Origin: Nitrospirota bacterium
GTDB taxonomy: Bacteria; Nitrospirota; UBA9217
Assembly: GCA_963754875.1 (NCBI GenBank)
Contig: CAVWHO010000003.1
Span: forward strand, 22,976-86,975
Length of the DNA: 64,000 nucleotides
Reading direction: 5' to 3'
Below the pieces are notes generated by a model. That model had not been told where the DNA came from. It made no database searches and saw nothing but the letters and a program-made list of their open reading frames with translations. The translations under genes and the position numbers were made by a program. Below, piece by piece: positions 20,511 to 30,554 of the stretch. How positions within the stretch are numbered: position 1 is the first letter of the stretch; each line of letters begins with the position of its first letter.

Positions 20511-21428
20511 ATGCATTCATCGTTCCTGAGATATGTTCTCCTGGCAAGCAGTCTCATCCTGATACCCTCGTGTCAGACAAAACAGCAGGAGGGGGCGGTT
20601 GAAGGAGCAGTGGTGCCGCCCTGCCCCGGTGCCCGCGTCATTGTCAGCCGATCCGGGAATACGGTGAATGCAGTTGACGCCGATATGCGTACCGGCACAT
20701 TCAGGATCACGTTGTCACCGGGCGAATACGACGTGAGGATAAGCGCACCTGCATCGCCGTTACCGGTGATTTTTTCAGGTGTAAGCGTAGCCCCTGGAAA
20801 AACCGCTCAGTTGCCGCCAGTCAAGGTCGCTCAGCCTGCCGGAGCGTCATCAATATCCGGTACCGTTTTGCCAGCCGCTGCCGATACCAAGATTACCTTG
20901 TTTTACGAAGGCCAGGAACGAGCATCAATAAACGCTTCCTCGGAAGGTAGATACGAATTCGCGGCCCTTCCGTCGGGAACGTATACGGTTTTGGCAACGG
21001 CTCCCGGCTACTCCGCTGATAAAACGGAGCTTCGCATTGCGGAGGGCCGCTCCGTTTCGCAGAATATGAGGATGCTTTATGTTACTCCGATCAATGGGAT
21101 CGATTGGGAGCGTGCGGCAATCCGCGCCACGGGAAGAGGTGTGTATCCGGCAAACGCTTCGAACCCTACGGCGCTGCACGAGATGGCCAAACGCGCTGCC
21201 CTCTCCGAGGCTGAGCGGAACCTTATTCTGATTGTCGAGCAGATAAAACTAGATCCGAAGCATGACCTGAAATCGCTTATGACGGGCAGCGCCTATACAG
21301 TGAGAATCCACGGGTTCCTCCAGGGGTTCAAAATCGTTGAAGAGCGCGAAGTGGGCAATGGTGTTGAAGTGATACTGGAGCTTCCCCTCAACGGCCCGAG
21401 CGGTCTGACTCGGCAAATTTCTGATTAA
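20511..21428 (+). CDS. Lipoprotein with two carboxypeptidase-regulatory-like Ig domains and a C-terminal LPP20-like domain
   Basis: Lipobox-like LIPS-C, repeats ending LSPGEYDV and LPSGTYTV, then IDWERAAIRATGRG...AKRAALSEAERNL. Confidence 0.7.
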   Translation: MHSSFLRYVLLASSLILIPSCQTKQQEGAVEGAVVPPCPGARVIVSRSGNTVNAVDADMRTGTFRITLSPGEYDVRISAPASPLPVIFSGVSVAPGKTAQLPPVKVAQPAGASSISGTVLPAAADTKITLFYEGQERASINASSEGRYEFAALPSGTYTVLATAPGYSADKTELRIAEGRSVSQNMRMLYVTPINGIDWERAAIRATGRGVYPANASNPTALHEMAKRAALSEAERNLILIVEQIKLDPKHDLKSLMTGSAYTVRIHGFLQGFKIVEEREVGNGVEVILELPLNGPSGLTRQISD

Positions 21429-21450
21429 CTTACGCTGCCTTGTAAATATT

Positions 21451-22023
21451 ATGGGAAATTCACGTCATCCACTGCCCGTCAAGCTGTTTTTCGGTATGCT
21501 TACTCCGGAACCTTCCCTATTCGACACCTGCATAGAAATCCTGAGCAAGGAATACGGTCCCCAAGACGTACAGAGCGAAACTTGGCCCTGGGACAAAACC
21601 GATTATTATCGGACGGAAATGGGGACGGGCATACTCAGAAAATTCATTTTCTGCGAACGGCTCATCGATCCGGCGGTGTTTCCCGCGATCAAACAGTTCA
21701 CCAATGCCTTGGAACATACCTTTGCATTGCCCGGTGGCGGCACGCCACGGCGCAGGATCAACATTGATCCGGGCTACGTAACAGAGGCGAAGATCGTTCT
21801 CGCGACGACAAAGGATTTTTCACACCGGATCTACATCGGTTCGGACATATACGCAGAGGTTACGCTTCGGTACCATTTGCGCGAGCGGCGATTCGTTCCC
21901 ATGGATTACACCTACCCCGACTACCGCAGCGACACTTATGTCTTGATGTTCAATAAAGCAAGAGAGTTACTGAGAAAAGCCCTCCATACACCGTCTACAG
22001 TCGATGATCGTGTGAAGGAGTAG
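21451..22023 (+). CDS. DUF4416 family protein
   Basis: TDYYRTEMG, RRINIDPGY, LATTKDFSHRIY, YTYPDY. Confidence 0.85.
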   Translation: MGNSRHPLPVKLFFGMLTPEPSLFDTCIEILSKEYGPQDVQSETWPWDKTDYYRTEMGTGILRKFIFCERLIDPAVFPAIKQFTNALEHTFALPGGGTPRRRINIDPGYVTEAKIVLATTKDFSHRIYIGSDIYAEVTLRYHLRERRFVPMDYTYPDYRSDTYVLMFNKARELLRKALHTPSTVDDRVKE

Positions 22024-22036
22024 TACTACAGGGGAG

Positions 22037-22567
22037 TTAGAGGGAGGTCGTGGTAACGGCCGGTGCGGAAGACATGTCTGCCGGCGGCGCCTCGTGCGCA
22101 AGGAATGCCTTGACTGCGCGAATGGTATCAGACGGGATAAACTCCTGAGGCAGTAAATGTATGCGGTCAAAGGGCTTGATGTCTTTATTCGTAAAGCTGA
22201 GATTCGGACTGTCCCAAGCCTGAAAATCTTTTACCGCCTTCCTGATCTGTTCGTGAACCATCATTTCAATCACTTCAAAAGTTACTTTGCCTGTCTTTAA
22301 CAGCAATGCACCGAGAGGGGTATAGGAGTTCATTTTTTGCAGTTTCAATGTTTCGAGCAGATCTTCATCCGTGATCACTCCTCCTTCTACCAACAGATCT
22401 CCGATGGCACGGGAGTAAGGAGAAAAAGCCTGGAGAATCTTTCCCCGATGAAACAAAATCGTGCCGATATTATTCCCCGATTCCATCACCAGTTCCCCGG
22501 TGCGGGCCTGCACCCCGATCAGAAACAGGATATCTGCAACTGATAATTCCAAAGAACTTGCCTTCAT
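22037..22567 (-). CDS. DUF4388-like domain protein
   Basis: ADILFLIGVQARTGEL, GTILFHRGKI, IGDLLVEGG, LGALLL. Confidence 0.7.
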   Translation of the reverse strand: MKASSLELSVADILFLIGVQARTGELVMESGNNIGTILFHRGKILQAFSPYSRAIGDLLVEGGVITDEDLLETLKLQKMNSYTPLGALLLKTGKVTFEVIEMMVHEQIRKAVKDFQAWDSPNLSFTNKDIKPFDRIHLLPQEFIPSDTIRAVKAFLAHEAPPADMSSAPAVTTTSL

Positions 22568-22917
22568 GGGGGACTATTTAATCATAAAAGCTGGCGCATG
22601 TCAAACAAATAGGGATAGAGCTTCCGCCCGACAACAGGAATGTGTCACTCTCGCGAAAGCAAAAATGTTCAATGTATGGCGCCAGAAGTCAAGATTCAGG
22701 TGTGCAAGTAGTCGGGCAGAAACAGCACCGAAAGTTCAGGTCGTTTGACGAAAAGATCAGGAGGATTTCGGCACGGTCGCGGTCCTGACACCGGCAATCA
22801 TGAGGTCTCGCGACAGAGAAGAAGAAAAAAACGAGCGCAGCAACGGCATCTCCTGCCCGATCCTTGGAAAAACCTTTCCGTTTCAAGATTCGGGCCAGAG
22901 ATCACCTCTCTGGAATC

Positions 22918-23355
22918 CTACGCGGATTTTAACTTCAACGGTTGGGAAGTCGGGATGCTCTTTCCTGCTCGATTCGGAGATGCAGTTTGTTCGGCACTTT
23001 CGAGGGCTGCTTTTACGATCCGTCCAAGTTCCTTGGCTTTGACCGGTTTATTGACATATTCAAAAACGCCGAGACTGAGCGACTTCAGATAGGATTCCAC
23101 GGCACCATATGCCGTAAGCATTACTACCGGTACGGATGGCAAAATCCGTTTGAGCAGAACGAGAAATTCCAGTCCATCCATACCTGGCATTCGATACTCG
23201 GTTATGACGAGGTCCACCGATGCTCCTTCCCGGATGGTCGTGAGTGCCGACTGGGGATCCGGCTTTGCAATGACTTTGAATCCAAACCGATTTAATACTT
23301 CGCCGAGACTCCTTAAATTTTCAAGCTCATTGTCCACCACGAGTAAGGTTTTCAT
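22918..23355 (-). CDS. Single-domain response regulator (Glu at the phosphoacceptor position)
   Basis: LLVVDNE...VITEYRMPGMDG...MLTAYG...YVNKP. Confidence 0.85.
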   Translation of the reverse strand: MKTLLVVDNELENLRSLGEVLNRFGFKVIAKPDPQSALTTIREGASVDLVITEYRMPGMDGLEFLVLLKRILPSVPVVMLTAYGAVESYLKSLSLGVFEYVNKPVKAKELGRIVKAALESAEQTASPNRAGKSIPTSQPLKLKSA

Positions 23356-23509
23356 AATTGGTTTTCTCCGTTTTTGATGGGTCAATTAAGCTTTTGTCAG
23401 CCGATCGCCTTTATTGCTTTAAAATGCTAAACAGCTTTGTTTCTTTGGCGCATAAACTTTATCTTCAAAATTGTTAAGCTGAATAACCATGAGATTCCAT
23501 GAGAATCAC

Positions 23510-23526
23510 TGCAAGAATTTTGCCGG
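23510..23526 (-). promoter_or_regulatory. Sigma-54 (-24/-12) promoter candidate
   Basis: Minus strand CCGGCAAAATTCTTGCA (GG-N10-GC), upstream of the 22918-23355 gene and downstream of the sigma-54 activator gene. Confidence 0.55.
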
Positions 23527-23634
23527 GTATTTACTTCACAAAAACCACGACTTGCATTTTAGGGCAATGATGGATTTCAGACACTGTCGACCCACATTGC
23601 GAAGCGTGGCAGTTAACATATTAATTTTAAAAGG

Positions 23635-25068
23635 TTATTGATATGTCTGATTTTGGACTGCATTAATGCCTCGGTCGACATTCATCTCCTCTGCGAGAGC
23701 GCCGATATCCATTTTTGTATCTACAACAATCCCGTGCTTTTGGATCTTGCTGTAGAGCGTTGATCTGGGTATTCTTAAAATTTTTGCAGCAAGATGTTTG
23801 TTACCGTGGCAGTCTTTCAATGTTTTCATGATCAGATCCTTCTCGGTTTCCCGGAGCGACATCAATTCATTGTTCTGCTGCAATTCATGCGACCTTCCTT
23901 GAATGTTTTCCGGGAGGTCAGACGGCATGATCTGCGTCCCTTTCGCCATCACCATTGCGTATTCAACTGCGTTCACCAATTCTCTTACGTTGCCGGGCCA
24001 CGGGTAGCGCAGGAGAAGGTCCATGGCCGACGGCGAGACTGAGTGGACGCGACTGCTCCCCTTGAATTTTTCCAATATGTGATTGACCAACAGGGGGATA
24101 TCGCTTAATCGTTCGACAAGTTCAGGTAAATTGATTGTAATGACGTTCAGACGGTAATACAGGTCATCACGAAACATTTTCCGGCCAACTGCTTCCTTAA
24201 GATTGACGTTTGTAGCCGCGATCAGTCGAAAATCCACATAAATCGATTTCGATCCCCCGATCCTTTGCAGAGAATGCTCTTCCAGAACACGCAGCAGCTT
24301 CACCTGGGAAATGAGCGGCATCGTATCGATCTCATCGAGGAAGAGTGTGCCTCCGGCCGCGGCCTCCACCCTGCCGATAGCTCGCTGGACCGCGCCGGTA
24401 TAGGCCCCCTTTTCATGGCCGAAAAGCTCATTTTCAATGAGCGTTTCGGTGAAGACACCGCAATTCACCGCTTGAAAAGGACCGTCTGTTCTCAGCGATC
24501 GGTTATGGATCGCACGGGCAACGAGTTCTTTGCCGGTGCCGCTTTTTCCTTGAATGAGGACCGTACTGTCCGAAGGTGCAATATTGTCTATGATGTCACG
24601 AATGCGTTCAATCTTCTGATGGGTGCCAATAATGTCATAGCTCTTCCGGAGTCTCCGGATCTCTCCCCGGAGCTGTTTATTTTCCATAAGCGATTCGTAA
24701 TAGGTACGTGCACGGTCGAGGATTTGAAGAAGATGTGGCGGTGAAAACGGTTTCGTAAGAAAATCGAAAGCCCCTATCTTCATTGCTTCCACAGCGAAAT
24801 CTATGGTCCCTCTGCCGCTCATCATAATCACCTGGGTTTCGGGAGTCTGCGATTTAAGGGACTTGAGCAAATCAATGCCGGTAATGTCCCTGAGCATCAG
24901 ATCCGTGATAATGACACTATACTGATCCCGCAGGGCTTTATCGAGGGCAATCGTGCCGTTTTCTGCCACATCAATCTGGTACTTGTCTTCATGGGATACG
25001 AGTTCCCGAAGCGAATCCAATACCAACGATTCGTCGTCGACCAGCAATACTTTTGGTTTCAGCTCCAT
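23635..25068 (-). CDS. Sigma-54-dependent response regulator (NtrC/AtoC family)
   Basis: REC, GKSGTGKE, ELFGHEKGAYTGA, GTLFLDEI, WPGNVREL, Fis-type HTH. Confidence 0.93.
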   Translation of the reverse strand: MELKPKVLLVDDESLVLDSLRELVSHEDKYQIDVAENGTIALDKALRDQYSVIITDLMLRDITGIDLLKSLKSQTPETQVIMMSGRGTIDFAVEAMKIGAFDFLTKPFSPPHLLQILDRARTYYESLMENKQLRGEIRRLRKSYDIIGTHQKIERIRDIIDNIAPSDSTVLIQGKSGTGKELVARAIHNRSLRTDGPFQAVNCGVFTETLIENELFGHEKGAYTGAVQRAIGRVEAAAGGTLFLDEIDTMPLISQVKLLRVLEEHSLQRIGGSKSIYVDFRLIAATNVNLKEAVGRKMFRDDLYYRLNVITINLPELVERLSDIPLLVNHILEKFKGSSRVHSVSPSAMDLLLRYPWPGNVRELVNAVEYAMVMAKGTQIMPSDLPENIQGRSHELQQNNELMSLRETEKDLIMKTLKDCHGNKHLAAKILRIPRSTLYSKIQKHGIVVDTKMDIGALAEEMNVDRGINAVQNQTYQ

Positions 25069-25578
25069 ACCCTGCCCTCCCTTGTCACTGCCGTGCTGAG
25101 AATTCAACGTCTTTCATTGCGTGCCAATGGCACAACCGGTGATCAGTTCAAACGAGCCTCAAATCAAGAGAACATTATGGCTGTTTACAATGATAAAAAT
25201 TTTGGGTTAAAAATTGGAGGTGATGCTCTGCTCCCGACATTGGGCGTCTATGAACGCACAGATATACCACCCCCGTATTTCTTATCGGTAAAAAAGAATA
25301 AAACTTTAACAACAGAACGTTTTATTTACAGCTGGAGAGGAACATCTGTAAGAAAATAAACACCAGAAGAGTGGGGCCAGCTTGCGAAAACGCGGCTATG
25401 CACGAGTGCATGCATGGCACGGTTTACGGCGCATTACCCAAGGCCGTAGACGGGGGATTCAGTTTACGGGTCGACAACAGGACGTAACATGCCCACTTAC
25501 AACACCGTTTTCCGGCTGCTTTCGGTGCTCAGACTGCGGATCTGCATCATTCGGTCGCCAGCGGGAACAGTGACCGTA

Positions 25579-26283
25579 TCAAAATGGTATTCCAAGCAAA
25601 AATCGGATCTCACTGTCATTGGTCTTATGATTGAGAGCATACACTGCACCGATATTTGCCCAAATTCTGCTCCCGGTCCAGGCGAATGACGGGCCGACTG
25701 TATATTCATTCTCGGTGTAGCTTCCCTTTGATTCAACCACCACACGAAGCCAGGGGACCATTTCATAGCTTATACCGGCTGCATACTCATGCTCGGTCAC
25801 ACCCGTTTCATATGGTCGGTCGTATATCTGGTTGTATGCCACATTGAGCCTTCCGATGTCTTTAGCGAGGACCAGCTTGCCCTCAAAGGTATTCCCTTCA
25901 ACCTAATTTACTTCGTGCTCAGCTTAGAGGAGCACATCTAACGGCAGCATATTTTTTTCTGCTATTCTGTATCGCATTTCCAGATTATAGCCGACATACA
26001 TAAAAGAGGAGCTGTCTGCATCCTGCTGGTAGACCTCATAAAGGCTTGCGCTCAGGCGGTCCGTTATGCCATACTCCAGTTCGATCTGCTGGCTCCAGTC
26101 ACTGGCATTTCGTATGTGCCTGCCCCGTGTTATGGCGGTCTGGAAAAACTCAATTTCTGTACTGCTTTGCGCCGGGGTCGAATATTCCTCAGTCCAAACA
26201 TAGTTCCTCTGGTCCGCCAGTGCAACCCCTCCTGCACATGCCAGGACCGCAATCAGCATGCTGCCATATACGACTTTCTTCAT
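25579..26283 (-). pseudogene. Putative outer-membrane protein (DUF6662-like) with two in-frame nonsense codons
   Basis: One continuous frame ...LPLDVLL*AEHEVN*VEGNTFEGKLVLAKDIGRLNVAYNQ...FLLGIPF, with TAA at 25924-25926 and TAG at 25903-25905. Has a signal peptide and C-terminal Phe. Confidence 0.7.
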
Positions 26284-26297
26284 CAAACCCTCCATTT

Positions 26298-26316
26298 GAT
26301 ATTGATAATCATTTTC
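26298..26316. promoter_or_regulatory. Fur box
   Basis: GATATTGATAATCATTTTC, 17/19 to the consensus GATAATGATAATCATTATC, over the promoter of the OM pseudogene. Confidence 0.85.
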
Positions 26317-26330
26317 AGTATATCGTCAAT

Positions 26331-26364
26331 AAAAAACGGTGGCTGACATCGATGCAAGCCACCG
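26331..26364 (-). terminator. Rho-independent terminator after the feo unit
   Basis: Minus strand CGGTGGCT...AGCCACCG TTTTTT. Confidence 0.8.
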
Positions 26365-26373
26365 CAGATCGTC

Positions 26374-27081
26374 TTATATTTTTTTTACAAAAATCTCTTT
26401 CGTAATATCCTTATCCACGGCGATCATCGTCTCGCCCAGTTGAAGCACATATGATGGCTTTTTCTGATGGAGTTTGACAACGCTGCCGGGGACAACGCCC
26501 ATTGCTGATAATCGATCCAGGCGTGAGTGCGACCCGGGAGTTATGAATACGATCTTGGCCTGCTCACCCGGCACAAGATCCGCAAGCGGCGCTACGAGTG
26601 GCTTCATTTCTTGCCGGAACATGGCGCAGCATTCCCCGCGGGGGATCGGCTTTCCGTCAGGGGAATTCGGCGGGTGGCCAAGCAGTGTGCACACGCTGTC
26701 GGTCACCTCCGGCGAGAGAATGTGCTCGAACTTGCACGCTTCGGCCTCGGCGCCGTCAAGCGCAAAAAGGTCATAAAACAGCCGGAGTGAAAGGCGGTGG
26801 CGACGAACCAGTTCCCGCGCACGTTTCTCACCTTTCGACAATAGTTCCACAGTCTGTCCTTTGATCTCAATCCAACCATGTTTAGCAAGATCTTTCAGAA
26901 TACTTCCGCAATCTTTGAGAGTACAACTTAGCACTATCTGATCCAAGGTCAGGTTCCCCTCTTCTGCTAAGGTCCAGATAATCTCGAACAGCTCATCCTC
27001 TTTTTCGATCTCCGGAAGTACGCACAGGGCCGGATGCCCCGCCTTGCCTTCAACCGTATCCAGTCTCTTATGCTCCGACAT
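26374..27081 (-). CDS. DtxR/MntR-family metal-dependent regulator fused to FeoA
   Basis: RRHRL...EACKFEHILS...LGHPPNSPDGKPIP, then FeoA RLSAMGVVPG. Confidence 0.88.
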   Translation of the reverse strand: MSEHKRLDTVEGKAGHPALCVLPEIEKEDELFEIIWTLAEEGNLTLDQIVLSCTLKDCGSILKDLAKHGWIEIKGQTVELLSKGEKRARELVRRHRLSLRLFYDLFALDGAEAEACKFEHILSPEVTDSVCTLLGHPPNSPDGKPIPRGECCAMFRQEMKPLVAPLADLVPGEQAKIVFITPGSHSRLDRLSAMGVVPGSVVKLHQKKPSYVLQLGETMIAVDKDITKEIFVKKI

Positions 27082-27155
27082 AGTACCTCCTTAAGAATCA
27101 ACCCACAGGGTGCATGAATCAGATGGGCTTTGTTCTCGATAACTCCACTTAGGAG

Positions 27156-29150
27156 CTACAGCGCCACCTTCATCATCCTCAGCGCCCAATTCAACACCCC
27201 CCCAACGCCAAACGCAAAAGGGAAAATGAAAGCTACCATATACAGCGCGGCCTTCATTCCCTGTTCCTTTACCATCATGAAAAAGTTCGCGATGCAGGGA
27301 ACGAACAGGGTTATCACGACAAGGCTTACAACCGTCTGTATCGGGTCGAGCAGCCCCTGCTTCTGCATCACGAAGAGGCCCGCTGCGCCGTAATCCCTGC
27401 GCAAAAAACCGATCACAAATGCCTCGGCAGCCCTGCTGGGAAGACCGAGAAGACCCACAACCAGCGGATCGGTCAGCTTCTGAATATATTCGAGCGCGCC
27501 GACCTTATGACCGACAAAGAGGATGAACGTGCCCAGAATAAAAAGCGGCACAGCCTCCTTCAAATACCACTGGACCCGCGCAAGGGTCTTGACCAGAATA
27601 TTCGTGAGCTGCGGCACCCGGATCGGCGGCAGTTCCAGTACAAAATCCGACGGTTCGCCGGGTATGGCCTTCGCGGCAAGATACCCCACGAGAAGCATCA
27701 CCAGGACCACGGTCCCGATCCATATGGCAGTGGCAAGCCCGGAGATGCCGGAAACCATGCCGAGTACGACGCCGAGCTGCGCGGAGCAGGGCACGCCGAG
27801 TGCCAGGAGCAACGTCACAAGGATGCGTTCTTTCTTTGTCTCGAGGATCCGGGTCGTGAGCGTCGCCATGGTATCGCAGCCGAGGCCCAGAACCATCGGG
27901 AGCACCGCTTTTCCGTTCAGGCCCATGATCTTGAATATTTTATTTACCATGACCGCGAGCCTCGGCAGATAACCGGAGTCCTCTAAAATACCGAAGGCGA
28001 TGAAGAAAAACCCCACGATCGGCAGCACGATCGCAACGGAATACGTGAGCGCCATGGTGATGAGACCGTAATCACCTACCAGCAATTCCTGCATAAACTT
28101 GAACGGAAATATGAAGTTGACGATCTTCGTAGCCCAGGGATTCAAATAAACGCCGAAAACGGTCTTTTCCAAAAAGTTTACAGCCATCCCTGCCCCGAGC
28201 ACGCCCACGAACTGATACACCAGATAAAGAACAACGAGAAGAACCGGCAGGCCATAGACGGGATGCATGGATAGCCTGCCGAGATGAAACGCGATCGTTG
28301 AACCTTTTCCCGCCTCATGGCGGGTAGTGACCTGTGCAAGGATTTCGTCGGCTTTCTTCATGCGGCGCTGGTTGATGAGATAGCCGAGGGAGTTGTTGAA
28401 TCTCGACTGAATATTCTGCCGGATCTTTTCGATCTCAACGATCACATGGTCTTGAAGGTTCGCATGGAGCCAGGACTTGAGGCTCTCATCGCCGGCAAGG
28501 ATCATGAGTGCAAGTGCGCGCCGGGAAATGTACGCTTCGGGAAGAAGCGCTGAAACGTCTCTGATACCGCCCTCTATAGTGTCTTCATGCCGGACAGAGA
28601 TTGACGACGGTCTTGGATGCTGGAGGCCTTTTAAAAGCTTATCGATACCGCTTCGCCGAATGGCAACGGTTTTAACAACTTCTATGCCGAGAAGATTGGC
28701 GAGCTTCTCCTGGTCTATCATAATGCCCCGGCTTTTTGCTTCGTCATCCATATTAAGATCGAGTATGAACGGCACGCCCATTTCCGCAAGTTGAAGTGTG
28801 ATCAGAAGGCCCCGCCTCAAGTTCTTGGTGTCCGCAACCTGCACCACGACGCCGGCGCGGTCCGTGAGCAGGATGTCCCTCGTTACCTTCTCGTCTTCGG
28901 ACATGGGCACCAGGCTGTTGACGCCCGGTGTGTCGATAACGAGGCTGCGCGTCTTATTTAAAACAGCGTTGCCGTACGTCACCTCCACCGTTGTGCCCGG
29001 ATAATTGGACACGGTAACATATTTTCCCGTCAGCAAACCGAACAGCGCGCTTTTCCCGACATTAGGGTTCCCGATCAATAAGACCTTATTCAGATTGGAG
29101 TCGCGGTAGCGTTCTCCGTCGTTTGGACCATGGTCGTGCATGATAAACAT
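27156..29150 (-). CDS. feoB: Ferrous iron transporter B
   Basis: GNPNVGKS, NYPGTTV, DTPG, LNMDDE, LEDSGYLPR, VPCSAQ, FVLELP, LFVPCIA. Confidence 0.96.
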   Translation of the reverse strand: MFIMHDHGPNDGERYRDSNLNKVLLIGNPNVGKSALFGLLTGKYVTVSNYPGTTVEVTYGNAVLNKTRSLVIDTPGVNSLVPMSEDEKVTRDILLTDRAGVVVQVADTKNLRRGLLITLQLAEMGVPFILDLNMDDEAKSRGIMIDQEKLANLLGIEVVKTVAIRRSGIDKLLKGLQHPRPSSISVRHEDTIEGGIRDVSALLPEAYISRRALALMILAGDESLKSWLHANLQDHVIVEIEKIRQNIQSRFNNSLGYLINQRRMKKADEILAQVTTRHEAGKGSTIAFHLGRLSMHPVYGLPVLLVVLYLVYQFVGVLGAGMAVNFLEKTVFGVYLNPWATKIVNFIFPFKFMQELLVGDYGLITMALTYSVAIVLPIVGFFFIAFGILEDSGYLPRLAVMVNKIFKIMGLNGKAVLPMVLGLGCDTMATLTTRILETKKERILVTLLLALGVPCSAQLGVVLGMVSGISGLATAIWIGTVVLVMLLVGYLAAKAIPGEPSDFVLELPPIRVPQLTNILVKTLARVQWYLKEAVPLFILGTFILFVGHKVGALEYIQKLTDPLVVGLLGLPSRAAEAFVIGFLRRDYGAAGLFVMQKQGLLDPIQTVVSLVVITLFVPCIANFFMMVKEQGMKAALYMVAFIFPFAFGVGGVLNWALRMMKVAL

Positions 29151-29191
29151 ATCCTCACTATCGAAACCCCTCGGTGGATCCCGATTTTCGA

Positions 29192-29635
29192 TTATTTATC
29201 TTTTTTCTTTTGACACTCGGAACAAAGGCCGTATAATTCGAGTTTGTGATTTAAGACCTTAAAGTGGTTTTTTCTCGCCACATCCTGCTGGAGGGCCTCG
29301 ATACGCTCGTTCTCAAATTCAAGAATGGCCCCGCATTTTGTACAGATCAGGTGGTCGTGGTGCGCATCCGGGTTGGTATGCTCATAGCGGGTAAAACCAT
29401 CATCAAACCGTCTTTCCTGAGCCAGACCTGCGTCCGTCAGCAGCTTTAACGTTCGGTATACTGTCGCATAACCAATACCCGCATGGGTCTTTTTTACCCG
29501 TACGTAGAGTTCCTCAGCGCTCAGGTGTTCTCCCGCCCTTGTAAAAATGTCAAGGATCGTGTTCCGTTGGCTGGTGGCCTTAAGCCCCTGGCTTTGAAGA
29601 TATTCGCTTAAATGTTCGGCAGGTCTTTTTTGCAT
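29192..29635 (-). CDS. fur: Fur family transcriptional regulator
   Basis: GLKATSQR, HLSAEEL, ATVYRTL, HHDHLICTKCG, YGLCSEC. Confidence 0.92.
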   Translation of the reverse strand: MQKRPAEHLSEYLQSQGLKATSQRNTILDIFTRAGEHLSAEELYVRVKKTHAGIGYATVYRTLKLLTDAGLAQERRFDDGFTRYEHTNPDAHHDHLICTKCGAILEFENERIEALQQDVARKNHFKVLNHKLELYGLCSECQKKKDK

Positions 29636-29639
29636 AATT

Positions 29640-29658
29640 GATATTGATAACCATTTTC
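29640..29658. promoter_or_regulatory. Fur box upstream of fur-feoB
   Basis: GATATTGATAACCATTTTC, differing by 1 nt from the 26298 box. Lies downstream of minus-strand TTGACA-17-TATAAC. Confidence 0.82.
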
Positions 29659-29717
29659 AACAACGAGTTGTTATACCATCTCCCGCTGCTGGTGTCAAGA
29701 GCTTTGTTCCTGGGAAC

Positions 29718-29747
29718 AAAAAAGCCGTCCGATAATTCCGGACGGCT
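29718..29747 (-). terminator. Rho-independent terminator ending the lipoprotein cluster
   Basis: Minus strand AGCCGTCCG...CGGACGGCTTTTTT. Confidence 0.8.
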
Positions 29748-29767
29748 GCAGAAACGCTGTTTACAGC

Positions 29768-30523
29768 TTAGAACTGGGTTTCCTTGTCCCGCTCCTGGTT
29801 CCACTTCACCCAGTCGTCGGAATCCGCCTTGGGGTCAAAATCTTCCGGTTTCGAGGGCACACCCTGGGGTGAAATGGTGATTTGTTGCATGGCCTTCACG
29901 ATGGTGGTCCACTCCTCCATGGATACTTCGTGATAGGGAGGCGAAACTGCGTGGGGGCCCGACACCTCGTGAGGTGATGTCACCTTGGCTGCCTGCGATG
30001 TGTCTCTCGGGGGATTTGCCACATACACAGAGCCGTCGTATACTTTGACCACGGCGCTTTTGTCGTCTTCCACGTTTACGCGGTATACCGTTCCACGCAC
30101 GCCGGCCACGGCGTTTGAGGTCCTCACTTCAACCGAAGAATCTGGTGTGGTAAGTTTCTTTACTTTCGCCCAGAGCTTGCCGATAGAAAGGTCGACCTTG
30201 ACGTTTTTGCCCTCAGTCTGTTTGTTGTACGACAACTGATTTAGCTTAAGATGAGACTTTTCGGCAAGACGCATGATGGTCCCATCGGGGAAACGGACCT
30301 CCATCCGGGACTTTTTGGCAACTTTCACTTCCTGGTCCTTTTTGAGCACGTCTCCCTGTTTAAGAAGGCGCCCTTTTGCAAAGCCTTTCGAGTAGACCCG
30401 GGCGGTCCCCTGTATCACCGTGACGACGGCATCGTTCGCACCTGACTCTGCCGTCGCTGCCGCTGAGAAGGACACTGCAAGAACGAACAAAACGAGAGCA
30501 ATGACTGCATATCGTTTTACCAT
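29768..30523 (-). CDS. Secreted FecR-domain protein
   Basis: Signal peptide, FPDGTIMRL, VRTSNAVAGVRGT, VKVYDGSV. Confidence 0.85.
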   Translation of the reverse strand: MVKRYAVIALVLFVLAVSFSAAATAESGANDAVVTVIQGTARVYSKGFAKGRLLKQGDVLKKDQEVKVAKKSRMEVRFPDGTIMRLAEKSHLKLNQLSYNKQTEGKNVKVDLSIGKLWAKVKKLTTPDSSVEVRTSNAVAGVRGTVYRVNVEDDKSAVVKVYDGSVYVANPPRDTSQAAKVTSPHEVSGPHAVSPPYHEVSMEEWTTIVKAMQQITISPQGVPSKPEDFDPKADSDDWVKWNQERDKETQF

Positions 30524-30554
30524 GGCCTCATCCTTTCGGACATGTCAGCACTAC

